Shown: piece by piece, positions 48,876-61,606 of the stretch
Position numbering within the stretch: position 1 is the stretch's first letter
How the letters are laid out: each line of letters starts with the position of its first letter
Source of the DNA: Geosiphon pyriformis uo1
Taxonomy: Eukaryota > Fungi > Glomeromycota
Assembly (NCBI GenBank): GCA_016748015.1
Contig: JAAOMT010000512.1
Location: 1,436,893 to 1,500,892 of the forward strand
Direction: 5' to 3'
Length of the DNA stretch: 64,000 nucleotides
The notes under the pieces: model-generated
What the model saw: only the letters and a program-made list of their open reading frames with translations
The model's database searches: none
What the model was told of the DNA's origin: nothing
Position numbers and translations under genes: made by a program

Positions 48876-51699
48876 AAGTTCTTTAAATTGTATCTACTTA
48901 GCTTTATTCACACCCTTTAATCTAAATTTCCAATGGTTTTTATTAGTCTATTTTTAAATACTGGTTAGATGAGCATCCACCAAACCTCCCAATCCAACTG
49001 AGATTCTAATCATATTATGATCAATATTAAAAAATTTGGACACAGAGCCAATTTCACACCCAGTAATAGTTGAAGAAAGATTTTCACTCACAAAAATGTA
49101 ATTAATAACTTTTTCAATCTCTTTTAAATTGCTCTAAATAGTCGATTTACTCAAGAGGCAGCCACCCAATGAGTTGACCAACCCCAAATCCAAACATTTT
49201 TTAAAACTTGCATTTTTTTAGCCCTGTTTTCATTAAAGTGACCACTAAAAACCACAAATAAACTTGTATTGACAGCTTTGGTAATTAGTGAATTGACACT
49301 CGAAGCTTGAACAAATTATGTTTTGGCTAAAGTCTCAACATACAAATCCAGAAACATAACTAAAAACTTATTTTTAAACAATAAATAAACAAAAATAACA
49401 TGACCAGAAATTTTTTTAATCTTCAAAACATGCTGAGTTAGAGAACAGTTCATTACAATAACCACACCTGTACCAAGAAAACTTTTTTCTATGCCAGAAG
49501 TAAAAATCCGAACTCCCTCAAACTTGTCTTTAATCTAAGGCCCAGCATTTGATTTTAACTTGGTCTCAATGAAAATAAAAACCATATTATCAGACACCAG
49601 ATGCCAACAAATAATGTTTTTCTGCTTAGCCAAATTCGTCATACTTCTAATATTGCACATGGCAATTTTTTAAATTAGACTGGTTATTAAGGAAAGAATT
49701 TGAGAAACATACTACCAGTTAAGACCAAATTATCTAAATGTACTAACAGACTTAACACTGAAGCAAAAAGCCCACCCAGCATGTTTTTTAGTTTTTTTAT
49801 CTTAGAAAAGACAGAAGAATCCAAAATCATAGCAACCTTACCACCAGTGGCCTTACCTGAGCTCTTTCCCATTACTATATCACCTACCTGATTCTGTGAT
49901 AAGGGGGTTATCAACAGCTAACATTCAGAGTTAGACTGAAAAACTGCCATCATGAATGATTCCAACCTCTTAGTCAACTTATTAATCTGTTCCATGAGAC
50001 TAGTAAGACTGCTTTCAATATTCACTAAATATAATTCCAACTTATTAACAACAGGCAGGGGTGGTTTCATCTCCGAAGAGGAACCAGAATAAGTCAAATC
50101 ATTATGTGCAATAAAAGGAGAGAAAAAAGACCCACCAACAATTTTTGTCCAAGAAGCACCACCAAAAGAGACAGAGTAAGCAATAGAAGCTGAATATTTT
50201 GCATAGATGAAAGCCAGTCTGCTTTTATTCTCCTCAGATAGCATCTTACAAAAAAGAGCACCAAAAAAATTTTTCTTACCAGAAACACAGCTCTATGATA
50301 TGTAATCCAATTTTCTATACTTAGCATATTTGGCAAAGCCCAACTGGGACCAACATAGATTGGCATTTTATAACACAGGTGTAGTTCTTATAACAGCATT
50401 CAGAGAGGCTGCAAAGTTAAAACAAACAATCACACATCTGGCTTGAGTATAAGTAACTAAATAATAATCAATGAAACAGGTTTTTCTACTCACTAAGCTG
50501 ATATAATCCCAAATATTGTGTGCATTGGTTCTCAAAGGCAAAGTGTAGAACAGTATTCTATAATTATTTTTTACATTCCAAGATTTTTTGTCCTTATCAG
50601 ATCTAGCAACATATATAACATCTTTTTTGATTAGGATGAACCACTTTGTTGTGACTAAATTAGCATAATCTGATTGTTCAAACTCAACCACTGTCTTTTA
50701 TTAAAGTCCCATCAACTGTATTTTAATTGACTTAATTATTCTAAATTCAGAAAGAATAGCATGTATAGTTTTAGCCAATGTTCTAACAGAGATTTTTTTA
50801 TCACTACAGCCCAATCTAAATAACTAGTGGATTTCTTAAGATTGGTGTTTACCATAATCTTTACCATTTTTGCTATTTCAAAAGCTTGTGCCAAGCTTAA
50901 TTTGGAAGTAAATGTCACTCTGATGATCCCAGCAAATTTTGAACAGATAAAGATCCCCTTAAAACCATTGATTTTTGAAAATAATTTTCTAACTACCACC
51001 AGTTTTTTCTGAGAAAATTTTTCAACTATTTTATCTAAACCAATATTTAAAGCAAATAATTTTCTGACTGGAACATTAACCAAATTTTTTAAAGGAAGGA
51101 GAAGTTTTAATGGAGTATTTGAAAAAACTTTGTCAGCATTACCACTGCCTGAAAAATCAATTTTCCCTAATGGCTTGTTAAATGCCTTCTTGGTTTTAAC
51201 TTGCAAACTGGTAAGTGTTTGATTAGAATTTTTTTCAGCAATAACATTACTTTTACCATAATCAAAACTAATTTTCTCTATTAGACACTTCTTTTCTATA
51301 TCAATATTATTAGATTCAATGGTGTCACTAGTCTCTAAACCTCATAAACAACTACTCTGCACTTTAGCAGAACTTTTTTCATCACTAATATTATCTTGAA
51401 GAACACCACTCTTTTTTTTTTTTCTTGACACAACAGATTTAAAGCTATTATCAGAATCAGAATTTTTAACAGCTTTTTTCATAACAGCAACACTAGAGCC
51501 AACAATGACCTTGTAATCAAGCAAAAAAGGTTTGGATTTATTATACTGAATGGTAAAAAACTTTTTGACTCTTTTTTGAGAATTTGGAATAAAGGAAAGA
51601 AAGAAGTTTTTTTTTTAAATCATGTAAATTAATCTTTTCTATTTTTGAAACATGTTAAGCCAAAAAACTGTTTATAATTATGGCTATATTAGCACCAAA

Positions 51700-53930
51700 A
51701 AAACTTATCTCTAACTTAGAAATAAAAATCTTGATTTTTTTAAACTTATTTATAATCTATAGTTTAATGTTAAATTTTAATTTTGTTTTTATAATAATAG
51801 AAATTATGTTTTCCAAGTTTGTATATCAATAAACAATATTTTTTTGCTTAACAAAGATATTAATGCTTCGAATATTACATATAGCAATTTTTTAGATCAA
51901 ATTAATTATTATTGAAAAAAAATGCCTAAACTTAAATTATTATTGTTTATTTTGGTCAACAAATTTATAACCATAATTAAAAAATTGTTTATTTTCTTTT
52001 CTAATCTTGAAACAATTGACTAATTTAAAAACTCTGCTTTTATAACAGTTTTACTACTTGTGATTGTACTTAAACCTTTATTTATTATTGTATTTGTTCT
52101 TTAATAAAAGAGTTGTCAATAGTTAATATTCAGAATTAAGCTGGAGAATTATTGGCTTAAGTATATTCAACTTTTTAGCCAGCTTGTCAACTTCCTCTGC
52201 AAGACTAATAAAACTGTACTCAAGAATAGCAAATCTATTATTCATATCTATAGACATTAATAGAGAAGATTTAACATCTAAAAATGAATTAATGCCAAAA
52301 AAACTGAAGAAATTATACAAAAAAAAGAATCATTAACAATCTGCACTTATGTTTTATCATCAAAAAAAACTGAATAAGCAACTAATACCTGCTTTTTTTT
52401 ATATATGTTAGCTAAATACACTTAATTTTGAAAAGTTATAAGCTTTTTACTATGACTACTTAAATTTTTATTAGCTAAACATATACTAAAAACATAACTA
52501 AATTGTGTGCACTAAATACAAACAGCCAATAACAAGTCAGTTCAATGTAAATTTACACTCTTAAAAATTAAAGAAAAACTAATAACAGTCTTTTTTAATG
52601 CTTTATTAGCAAAACAAACAATAGTACATTTGTTGTGCTTATATGTATTTAGATTATGGCCAATAAAACAAGTTTTTTTATTATATGATGTTAATAAATT
52701 AAAAAAATTATAAGCAGTAATACCAACTAGCAAGATATATAATATAGCCTAATAGCAATTTCTAAAAATTCATATTTGTTTATTGTCAATAATCTTAGCC
52801 ATGCAAACAAAATATTTTTATAAGAACTGATCATTTAACTGTGATCAAATTAGCAATATTAGCAAACTCAAATTCAACTAAAGTCTTTTATTAAAGACTA
52901 ATAAGCTGTATTTTAATTAATATTATCTTGTTAAATTTAGAAAAAACCAATTTTATAGTTAATTTGAAAAGATTTATTAGTATTTTTTTAATTATTATTT
53001 TCTGATTATATAGCTGTTTACTTTTTTAATATTATTATTGACCAGAATTTTTTTACAGACTGCCATTTTTTTAGTTTTTTTTAAGCTTAATTCAGATATA
53101 AAAAATAATCTAATAATTTTTGGAAATTTTGAAAAAATATCCTCCAAAATCATTAATACAATAAAAAATTTTTTTTACAATTATTAATTTATTTTTAGAG
53201 ATTTTTTTAAACACAACAGAAAGTTTAATATCCAAAACAAAAGATTTTACAACTTTAAAATTTTGTTTTTTTAAAACATATGACCTGATCAATAGTAATT
53301 GTTTAGAGCCAAAAAACTTAGAAGACAAAAACACTAAAATGTTATCATTATTACTTAAATCATTAAATGAAAGTACTGTTGATAAGTAACCTAACATATA
53401 TGTTTGAGTACAAGTCTTTCTTGGTATAATTTTGTCCATATTTTCATCACTTATAAAAGTATTTAAATCTATGTAATTGGTTTCTTTTGTAATTATGTTT
53501 TTTATATTTTCTATATCTGAAAAACTATTAATACTACTTGTTATATTATTAACTTTACTTTTTTAAAACATTACAAATTTAATATTAGAGCTTCCAAAAT
53601 TTTTCAAATTTAAAGGACTAACAGACAAGTTAATTATACTATTATTGGCTTCAAGTTTTTTTAGCTTTTTATAAGATATACTATAGAAGTAGATATTCTT
53701 TACATGTTTATTTTTTTTGTTGTTTGAGCAGATTTCCAAACCAGCCAAATGAAAACCAAAACTATTAGCAGATATGCTTATCAGTTTCATTATAATAAAA
53801 AAAAATATATTAAAAAAAATAACTAAAAGAGAAAAAAAAAGAGAATAAGAAAAGCTATTTTTTTGGCAACTTTATACTTTGTTATAACTTAAAGATCAAC
53901 AAAAAAAAAGTTTTTGTTTTTTTATTTATT
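51700..53930 (-). mobile_element. LINE fragment: 5' UTR, ORF1 and start of the endonuclease, heavily decayed
   Basis: Track ORFs 52123-53790 resemble ORF1 pieces at 49918-51206; the 5' UTR matches about 24060-24200 and 54510-54640. Confidence 0.8.
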
Positions 53931-54500
53931 TTATAATTTTTGTATTTAATCACAGCTATTTTATAATTAACAATTAATTATAAGATTTAGTTTAGCTTTG
54001 TATTTGCAAATTTGTGTTAAAAATAGAATATTATAATTTATAGAAACTTAAAATTAAAGACAAATCTGCCTAAAATTTTTTTAATTAAAGTTCTATATTA
54101 TTTTTTTTTATATAATTTAAAAACTTTTAACCAAATTAGTTTAAAAATAAGATTATGTTTTTATTAATCTTTTCAAATATTCTAAAAATAGTTAGTTATT
54201 TATTTAATTACTGGTTTTTTGATTTATAAATATTAAAAAAATTTTGCAGTTTTTTGGTAAATTATATATTAGTTTAATTAACAATTTTTTAGCTAATATA
54301 ATTGAAATCTTGTAAATTTGTGATTTGTTTTTTATAAATAATCTGTTTTTAGTTTTTTATTTGGTTGAAAATATGTCTATTTTGAATATTTTAAATAAAT
54401 TTATATATTATAATATTGTGTATTTTTTTAAAAAATTTGGTATGGCTTTTTGTAGTTAATTTTTTAATAAAAATAATAAAATTCTTAATTAAAAAATATT
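53930..54500 (+). mobile_element. Extremely decayed LINE ORF2 fragment
   Basis: Residual collinearity with about 59110-59620, e.g. TTTGGTATGGCTTTT for the KFG(V)AF motif. Confidence 0.5.
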
Positions 54501-54509
54501 TTGAAAAAA

Positions 54510-57500
54510 AAAACTCTTTTTTTTATTGATTTTTTGGTCATGACAAAAGCATAAAGTTGTCAAAAAAATAACTTTTTTTATTTTCTTTTTTCTTTGCACT
54601 TTTAGTTATTTCTTTTAATATGCTTATTTTTATTACTATAAAACTAGTAAGCTTTTTTGTTAATGACTCTGGTTCTGGTTTGGCACTAAAAAAAAGTGCA
54701 TATTGAGAATGTCTACTCTTATAGTTTCTCATACAAAAAGCCAAAAAAACCTAATATTCTTAATAGCATAGTGAAATTGTTAGCTGGTTTTTTATCTGTT
54801 GATATATTATAAACTAATAAAAATAGACACAAGAAATTTTAAAATAGTAAAGTAACTAGTAAAAAACCAGTATTAGTAAAATATTGGACATCAAAAACAT
54901 AAAAAACACAATTGCAAAAAAAACAAGTTACTTAGATTTTCTGAAATAGATAACACAATTCTGAAAAAAACATAAATAAGAATATATGTTTTAAGATAAC
55001 TGTTAAGTGTTTCTTTCTTTAAAGTTTTGAGTAATAATAATAATACTCAATTAGTGCTTCTGGTACCTAAGTTTGTTGGTTCCAAAAAATTATTATTAAT
55101 CAAGTAACAAAGTAAGAAGATTAAAAATTTTGATTTAATGAAGTTTTTTGTATTGAATATTGAGCTTTCTGTAGTGTTTAGCAAAATCTCTGAAGATAAA
55201 CTTCTGTTTATTAAAAAAAAATTTTATTGTATTAATAGTTTTAGAGAGCATTAACTTTTTCAAAATTTTCAAATATTATTAAATTAACTTTTACTTCCAA
55301 ACTAAGCTTAAACAAAGTTAAAGAATTAACTATTAGTGAAAAATTTTTAGTAAATAATAATGTTAAGAAGACAAACAATTATACAACTTAGGAAGTAATT
55401 ATTAAAAAAATTCCAGTAGATTTTTCCAAATTGGCAATAGAATTAGTTTTTTTTAAATTTAATAAAATAGTTTTAATCAAAATACAGCTAATTGGTTTTT
55501 GGCAAAAAATCTTGGTAAAGTTTGAGTTATTATATGTTGCTGGTTTGGTTGTTTTCAAATAATTAGTTTTTATGAAAAAAAATTCTGTGTGTATAGCATT
55601 GATTGTCAATAATAAAAAATTATAGATATCTAAAAATCTTTATTAGACTTTGTTATATACTTTGTTTGTTGGCATTACTGCTCATAATTTTTTGATTTAT
55701 TGAAATCATATGATAAAAAAACTTGTTTTATCAGTTACAATTTAAGTTTATATGTGTATAACAGATGTGCTGTGGTTTATTTTGCTAATAAAACATTTAA
55801 AAAGACTATTATTAATTTTATTCCAGTTTTTAGAAATGTAAATTTGTGCTGAGCTGGTTTTTTTTTGGCTTATTGTACTTAATACAAGCAATTTGGTCAT
55901 GTATTTGGTATGTGTTCAGTAAATAGAAATTTGAATAGTTATAATAAATAAGTAGTCAATTTTTAGGATCTAATTTATTTAGTAAATATATATAAAAAGA
56001 AACAGATACTAATTGCTCCTCCAGTTTTATTTGGTAAAAAGACATGAGCTCAAATTACTAATAGTTTTACTTTTTGTGTGATGTCTTTGGTTTTTTTTAA
56101 TGCTAGTCTATCTTTAAATATTAAATCTTTTCCACTGGTTTTTTTGAACTTGAATAATAGGTTTGTTACTTTTGAGTATAGTTTTATCAGTTTTATAGAG
56201 CAAGTTAATAAGCTGGCTAAAAGATTAAATGTATTTAAACTAACAGTTTTCTAGTCTAGCCCTAAATGTTAGCCATTAGTAACTCTTTTATTACAGAATT
56301 AAAAAATAGATATAGTAATAAGTGAAAATTCGGATGTAATTACTAGTAATAAGATTGTTGCAGAAGCAGTATGTGTTAATTTGTTAATGGTTTCTAAATT
56401 AAAGGACAGTTAAATAAGTTTCTTGAATACAGTTATAAGCTTTTTGGCCAAAGTAGATAATTTTGTTTTGAAATCAGGATTTTATTTTTCTTAATAACAG
56501 ATCTGGTTTGAAAAATTACTATATGTAATATTCAGAATATTAATGTTTCTGTTAAGCAAGAAGATGTTGTTTATTGGCATATGGAATCAAAGAATATAAT
56601 TTCAATTATTACAGAAACTAAATTAAAGTCTAGCATTAGGTTATAGATTTTAAATAAGTTTGATAGAATTCGGATTTTTACTTCTGGTTTGGATGTTGAT
56701 TTTCTTGGTACTAAAGTGATTGTAATTATAAACAGTTCTCTGGCTTGACATGTTTTTAAGTTGAATAAAATTCCAGATTATTTGATTTCAATATGACTTT
56801 TGTTTAAAGACAAGCTTTTAATTACAATTTTAGATTTATATGCTGGGACATCTGCTGGTGTGCAATTTAATCAGGCTTTCAATATCAACTCTGTTATTTT
56901 TAAAGCTATTAATTCTAGCTCTTTTATTGTTTTAAGTGGTAATTTTAATAAAGATGATTCTAAAAAAAGTGTGAGCTTCAAAAAATACTTGGATATAAGT
57001 CTGGTTAATTCACTTAAGAAATACTCTTTAGCAAAAAATTTTACTTAAGATAACTTTAAAAATGCCATGAAAATTATTAACTATGTTTTTATTAGTAAAA
57101 TTTTGTTGTTAATAGTCATAATATGAAAGATTGGCATTGTGTTTGAGTATTTTGATACAGATAATAAAATAATCATAGTTTTAATTGGCTTAGAAAAACT
57201 TTTAAATACACATTTAAACAGTATTCACAAGCAAGTAAACAAGAATTACTAGAAATTTAATATTAAAAATGCAAATAATACCAAATAGACACATTTTAAA
57301 GAATATGTTTCAACCAAACTTTTGTTAATAGTGAATAGATTTGTGAATACAAAAGTTCTTAATAAATTAAATAATATGTGAAAAATTTTGAGGAAGATAA
57401 TAATAGATTTAACAAATACTACTTTTTTTAAACATTGGTTGAGTGTTTTTAAGTGCTCAAAAAATAAGCAGTCTTTGAGATTTCTTGGTCTGAAATTACT

Positions 57501-59624
57501 AGTTGCCAGAATTATAAAAAAATTAAACACAGGTAACATATATAAGTGTAATTGTCTTCTTACAAAATAGTTAATGCTTGATAATAGAGAGACTTTCATG
57601 TTTTATTTTTTGGTTTGGAATAGTACAAATTTAGTTAATGCTATTAAATATTTATTATTGGTTAGAAAAAAATACAAAAAGTTTAAATACTATAAATTAA
57701 AAATTGTCAAGGATCCAGCCATCAGAAAAATGATTAAAAAGCAAATAAAAAATTTCAGTTTTAACAAAAGAAGCATGATAAGAAGTGTTCTAGATTGGCT
57801 ATTTTGTAAGGTGGTTTTGGATTATTTAATGATTGGAAAAAAGTTACTTTTAAACCCAAAAAAAATTATGCTTAGAATTAATGAAATTATGATAAATTGA
57901 ACAAGAAAATACAAAGTGTCTTTAGTGTTACTTACTATTTAGTTTTGACAATATGTACTATTGAATTATGTGAAAAAAAATGCTTTTTCTAAGATTATAA
58001 ATAAAATCAGTATACATGAATTGGTTATGGTAATTAATAAACTGTCTGATGGCAAAGCAACTGGTTTGTTGAGCATATTAAATGAACTTTAAAAGCATTG
58101 TAAAGATAAAATACTGGATTAATTGTTATGTTTGTTGAATTTTTGTCTGATATTTGAAAATGTTTTGACTTTTTTAAAAAAAGCATTAGTCTTAATAATC
58201 TCTAAACCATATAATTGAAAAGATATTTTAACAAACATATAATTCATTGTACTAATTAAAACAGTTAGAAAGATACTTTTTAAGATTTTTTTAGACCATA
58301 TCTTATCTGTTTGCACTAAACATGATGTTCTTTAAGATAATAATTTTTTAGTTTTAAAAAGCACTTCAATTCAATCTTCTGTGTTTGCAATTGGTTTAAT
58401 AGTGAGAATGTTTTAAAAAAAAGTTGAGAAGTTTGACTAATACTGCAGAATATTTACAAGATCTATAATTCAGTTAAATAGTAATACTTAAAAACTAGTT
58501 TAAAATGAATAAAAATGTGTAGCAAATTTATTAAGTTTTTTGGAAATATATACATAAACAGAATCAACAAAGTAATAATTGACTTTGGTTTTTTGGATGA
58601 GTACAAAATACTGAATAAGTTGAATCAAGATAAAGTTTTTTCACCACTCTTATAGAGAATTTTTTATGACCCTTTGTTATATAAGATTAAGAAACAGAAA
58701 TACCTATGTGAATACAAAATTAATATAAACTTTGTAGTAAAAACAGACAAAATAAAAGTAAGAAGAAGCAGGTCTTTATTTTTTGTGACAAGTGTATTTG
58801 TTAATAACATAATCTGGATAAAAAATGGTCAAACTTCAACACAGCATATTTTGGATATTGCTAATAAGTTTTTTGAGATCAATAATATTTCTATCAACAG
58901 TAATAAGATGGTGGCAATTTCTATTAATTAAAAAGCCATAAATGCTTTATTACACATTAATGGTTAGCCAATTTCTATAGCTAAACATAGTGAATTTATA
59001 GATATTTAGATATTTTTTTATTAACAAATAATTTATTCAAGCCCAGTCTTGCCAAAGCACATTAAGATATTAAGTTTTTTTTTAATATAGTTTTTAGAAA
59101 AATATTATTTGATAAACAATTTTTTTATCTGGTTTTAATGATTTTACAACTTATTATTAATTATTATATACAATTCAGTTTTGTATCTAAAAATATATAT
59201 CGGAAATAGAATGTATTGTTAAGAAAGAAATTTAAATCTAAAGCCAATCTGTTAAGAGACTTTTTTAATAAAGCTTTGTACTATTTTTTTTTTTATAGAC
59301 TGAAAACATTTAAACAAATATAGATAGAAGACAAAACTGTCTTATTAATTAAATTTTCTAATGCATTTGGAATTTTTAGTCATTTGTTTAAGCATCACTT
59401 TTTGGATTTGCAAGTTTTGGGATAAGCTTTAATAAATTTTTTGTAGTATTTTGTCAGATTAAAAGTCAGTTCTATAAACAATTTTTTGGCAGGTATTATA
59501 AAAATTTTTTTGGATAACAAAATATCTTTGGCCAATAACTTGCTCAGTGTATTTTGTGGCACTAATCACTTTTTTATGTCTAAGATTTTGAAGAACTCTT
59601 TTTATTATAGTATAGTTCCTTCTT
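54510..59624 (+). mobile_element. LINE with ORF1, APE and RT, 3'-truncated before RNase H, heavily decayed
   Basis: ITETKLK, LSGNFNKD, FDTDNK, QDKVFSPLL, FVNN (decayed FVDD). Confidence 0.87.
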
Positions 59625-60951
59625 TAACAGCAGCTATAAAACACATGAAGCAGAAAGGGAGAGACCAAAAAGCACCTTCCAAGAAGACATACAGAATTCC
59701 AAAACCTGACGACGAGCCGCATCATTAATAACACAAGAAAACACGTGATTAGACACCTCCACCTTACCACAATACAAACACAAAACACTGGGGTAATATT
59801 TATCATAAACGCGTTTTCGAACAGCCACGGGAAGCCGACAGTGCAAGGCCTTCATGAAGTAAGTACGAATATTAGCAGTGCACCTGCTGGTGAAACCAGT
59901 TGCCATATGCAAATCAGGGTGCCAAACTCTGGAAGAGGCAAGCCAATCGACATCCGAGTGCAAATCACCAGCTAGAAACCCAGAACTGGAACCAACCTCC
60001 TAGCGTGCCTGACAGACAGCATGAAAAACATTATAAACAAAGTGTCTAGAATTGCCAGAAACAATACTGCCATCTGCCAACAAAAATTGTTCAGCCACAC
60101 AAGGAGAGAGAAACCAATCAGAGAGAGCTGCAGTGTTAGCGATGCTATCAGCACAATCATTTCCCAACACACCAGAGTGGTCCTTAACCTTGTGCCAGCT
60201 AACCTTCAAATTCTTTTCATGTATAATATTTCTAATATGCTGGTGCTCAACCCAACACTGATTGTGAAAGTCAGGACACACCAAGTCAACCTCTGACTTG
60301 CAAGCATCTAAAGCTGCCTGGCTATCCAAAAACAGGTGAACAGAACAATCTACAGGCACACATTCTAGAGCCAACACTATAGCCTACAACTCCACCAAAG
60401 TAAATGACATCAGACTCTGAACACAGACACCCAAACCCAAGTCAATGTCCTCAAAAAAGGCAGCAGCCCTGGCTCTACAACCAGTCATGCCTAAATTTTT
60501 TACCAACCCATCTGTATACACAGACAAACTATCAGCGCCAACCCAAGAAAGACAATTACATACAGACACAAAACCATCAGAACCACAAATGTTCACAGGG
60601 CCAACACCACTCAAGACCAATGGAAAGAGAGGCACACCACTAAGAAATGCAACAGAGTGCCCGAACCACTCAGGAACCAGGCCACAAGGATTCAGTTTTT
60701 TCTACTGCTTAAGGGTGTACCAGTTGAAGATATCCCCATGACAATTCCGAAGCTGATCTACAAAGGCAATGTCATAATGCCGGAGAGAAGGCAAGTATTT
60801 GAAAAACAAGGATTGGCCCAGAACAGCAGACATAGGCACCCCATCACGAAACTGAAAAGAGCTGGCCAAAGAGCCACTTAAAGACAAATTACATTCAAGA
60901 AGAATACATATTATACCTGACAAGAAATTATTGGAAACACTGACATGGATA
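59625..60951 (-). mobile_element. Younger, GC-richer LINE fragment: RNase H and Cys-His motif
   Basis: VYTDGL, TLVEL-x-AIVLALEC, LDSQAAL, KVKDHSGVLGNDCAD, CLYCGKVEVSNHVFSC. Confidence 0.9.
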
Positions 60952-61290
60952 CGTTTATTTTAATTTATTATTTTTTTATTTATTTTTTGTTTAATATATA
61001 TATTATATTAGATATAAATTATATAACTATATATAATTAGTAATTTAAATTAATTAAAATTATATTAAAATTTTTTTAATTTTAATTATAAAAAAGTTAA
61101 AAAATTTTATTTTTATATTTTAAATAAATTGTGATTTCTTAATATTTATATAAATTACAAATATACAGATATAAATTAAAATTATACTTTTTATATATAT
61201 AATTAACTATTTGTTTGGATCTCATTCATTAAACATAATAAAAAAAAATTAACTATTTAATATTTTATTAATAAATATTATTTATTTAAT
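60952..61290. repeat. Almost pure A/T low-complexity tract
   Basis: Very few G or C residues and no clear period. Confidence 0.7.
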
Positions 61291-61606
61291 AAACTTTTTG
61301 CAACTTATAGTCAGTTATAAGTTGTAGTTTAGTTGTGTTTCAAGATATATGTGTGTAAAGTAAGACAAAATATTGAGAAAAGGTTTGAAGTTCAAAGCCA
61401 ACTTGTTAAGGATTTTCCAAATAAGGCTTTGTATCATCCTAAAATGTATGGTTTAAGAACTTTTGAGCAAGTACTGATTGAAAATCTGTTAACTGGTTTA
61501 GTCAATTTCACCAATGCTGATGGAATCTTCAGTAATTTGTTCAAATATAGAGCCATAAAACTGCAGGCTGCTAGTTGAATATTTTAGCATCCTCTCAAAT
61601 TTCCAG
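61290..61606 (+). mobile_element. LINE ORF2 fragment, interrupted by element E
   Basis: DFPNKALYHPKMYGLRTFEQV, homologous to about 59250-59330. Confidence 0.8.

Larger units (their letters stand above)
24300..51620 (-). mobile_element. Probably full-length LINE (about 6.7 kb net) in three segments, 24300-26894, 37613-39017 and 48876-51620, split by elements C and D
   Basis: ORF2 reads through the C insertion as EHLYG|YRINSKF. ORF1 lies at about 49690-51520, APE motifs (IAMCNIRSM, IETKL) at 48900-49670, RT and RNase H further left, with the 3' UTR and TAA-rich tail near 24300-24430. Confidence 0.85.

Noticed and set aside
51700-56700. Large inverted repeat suggesting a DNA transposon or foldback element
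   Set aside because: Explained by two diverged LINE copies lying head to head.
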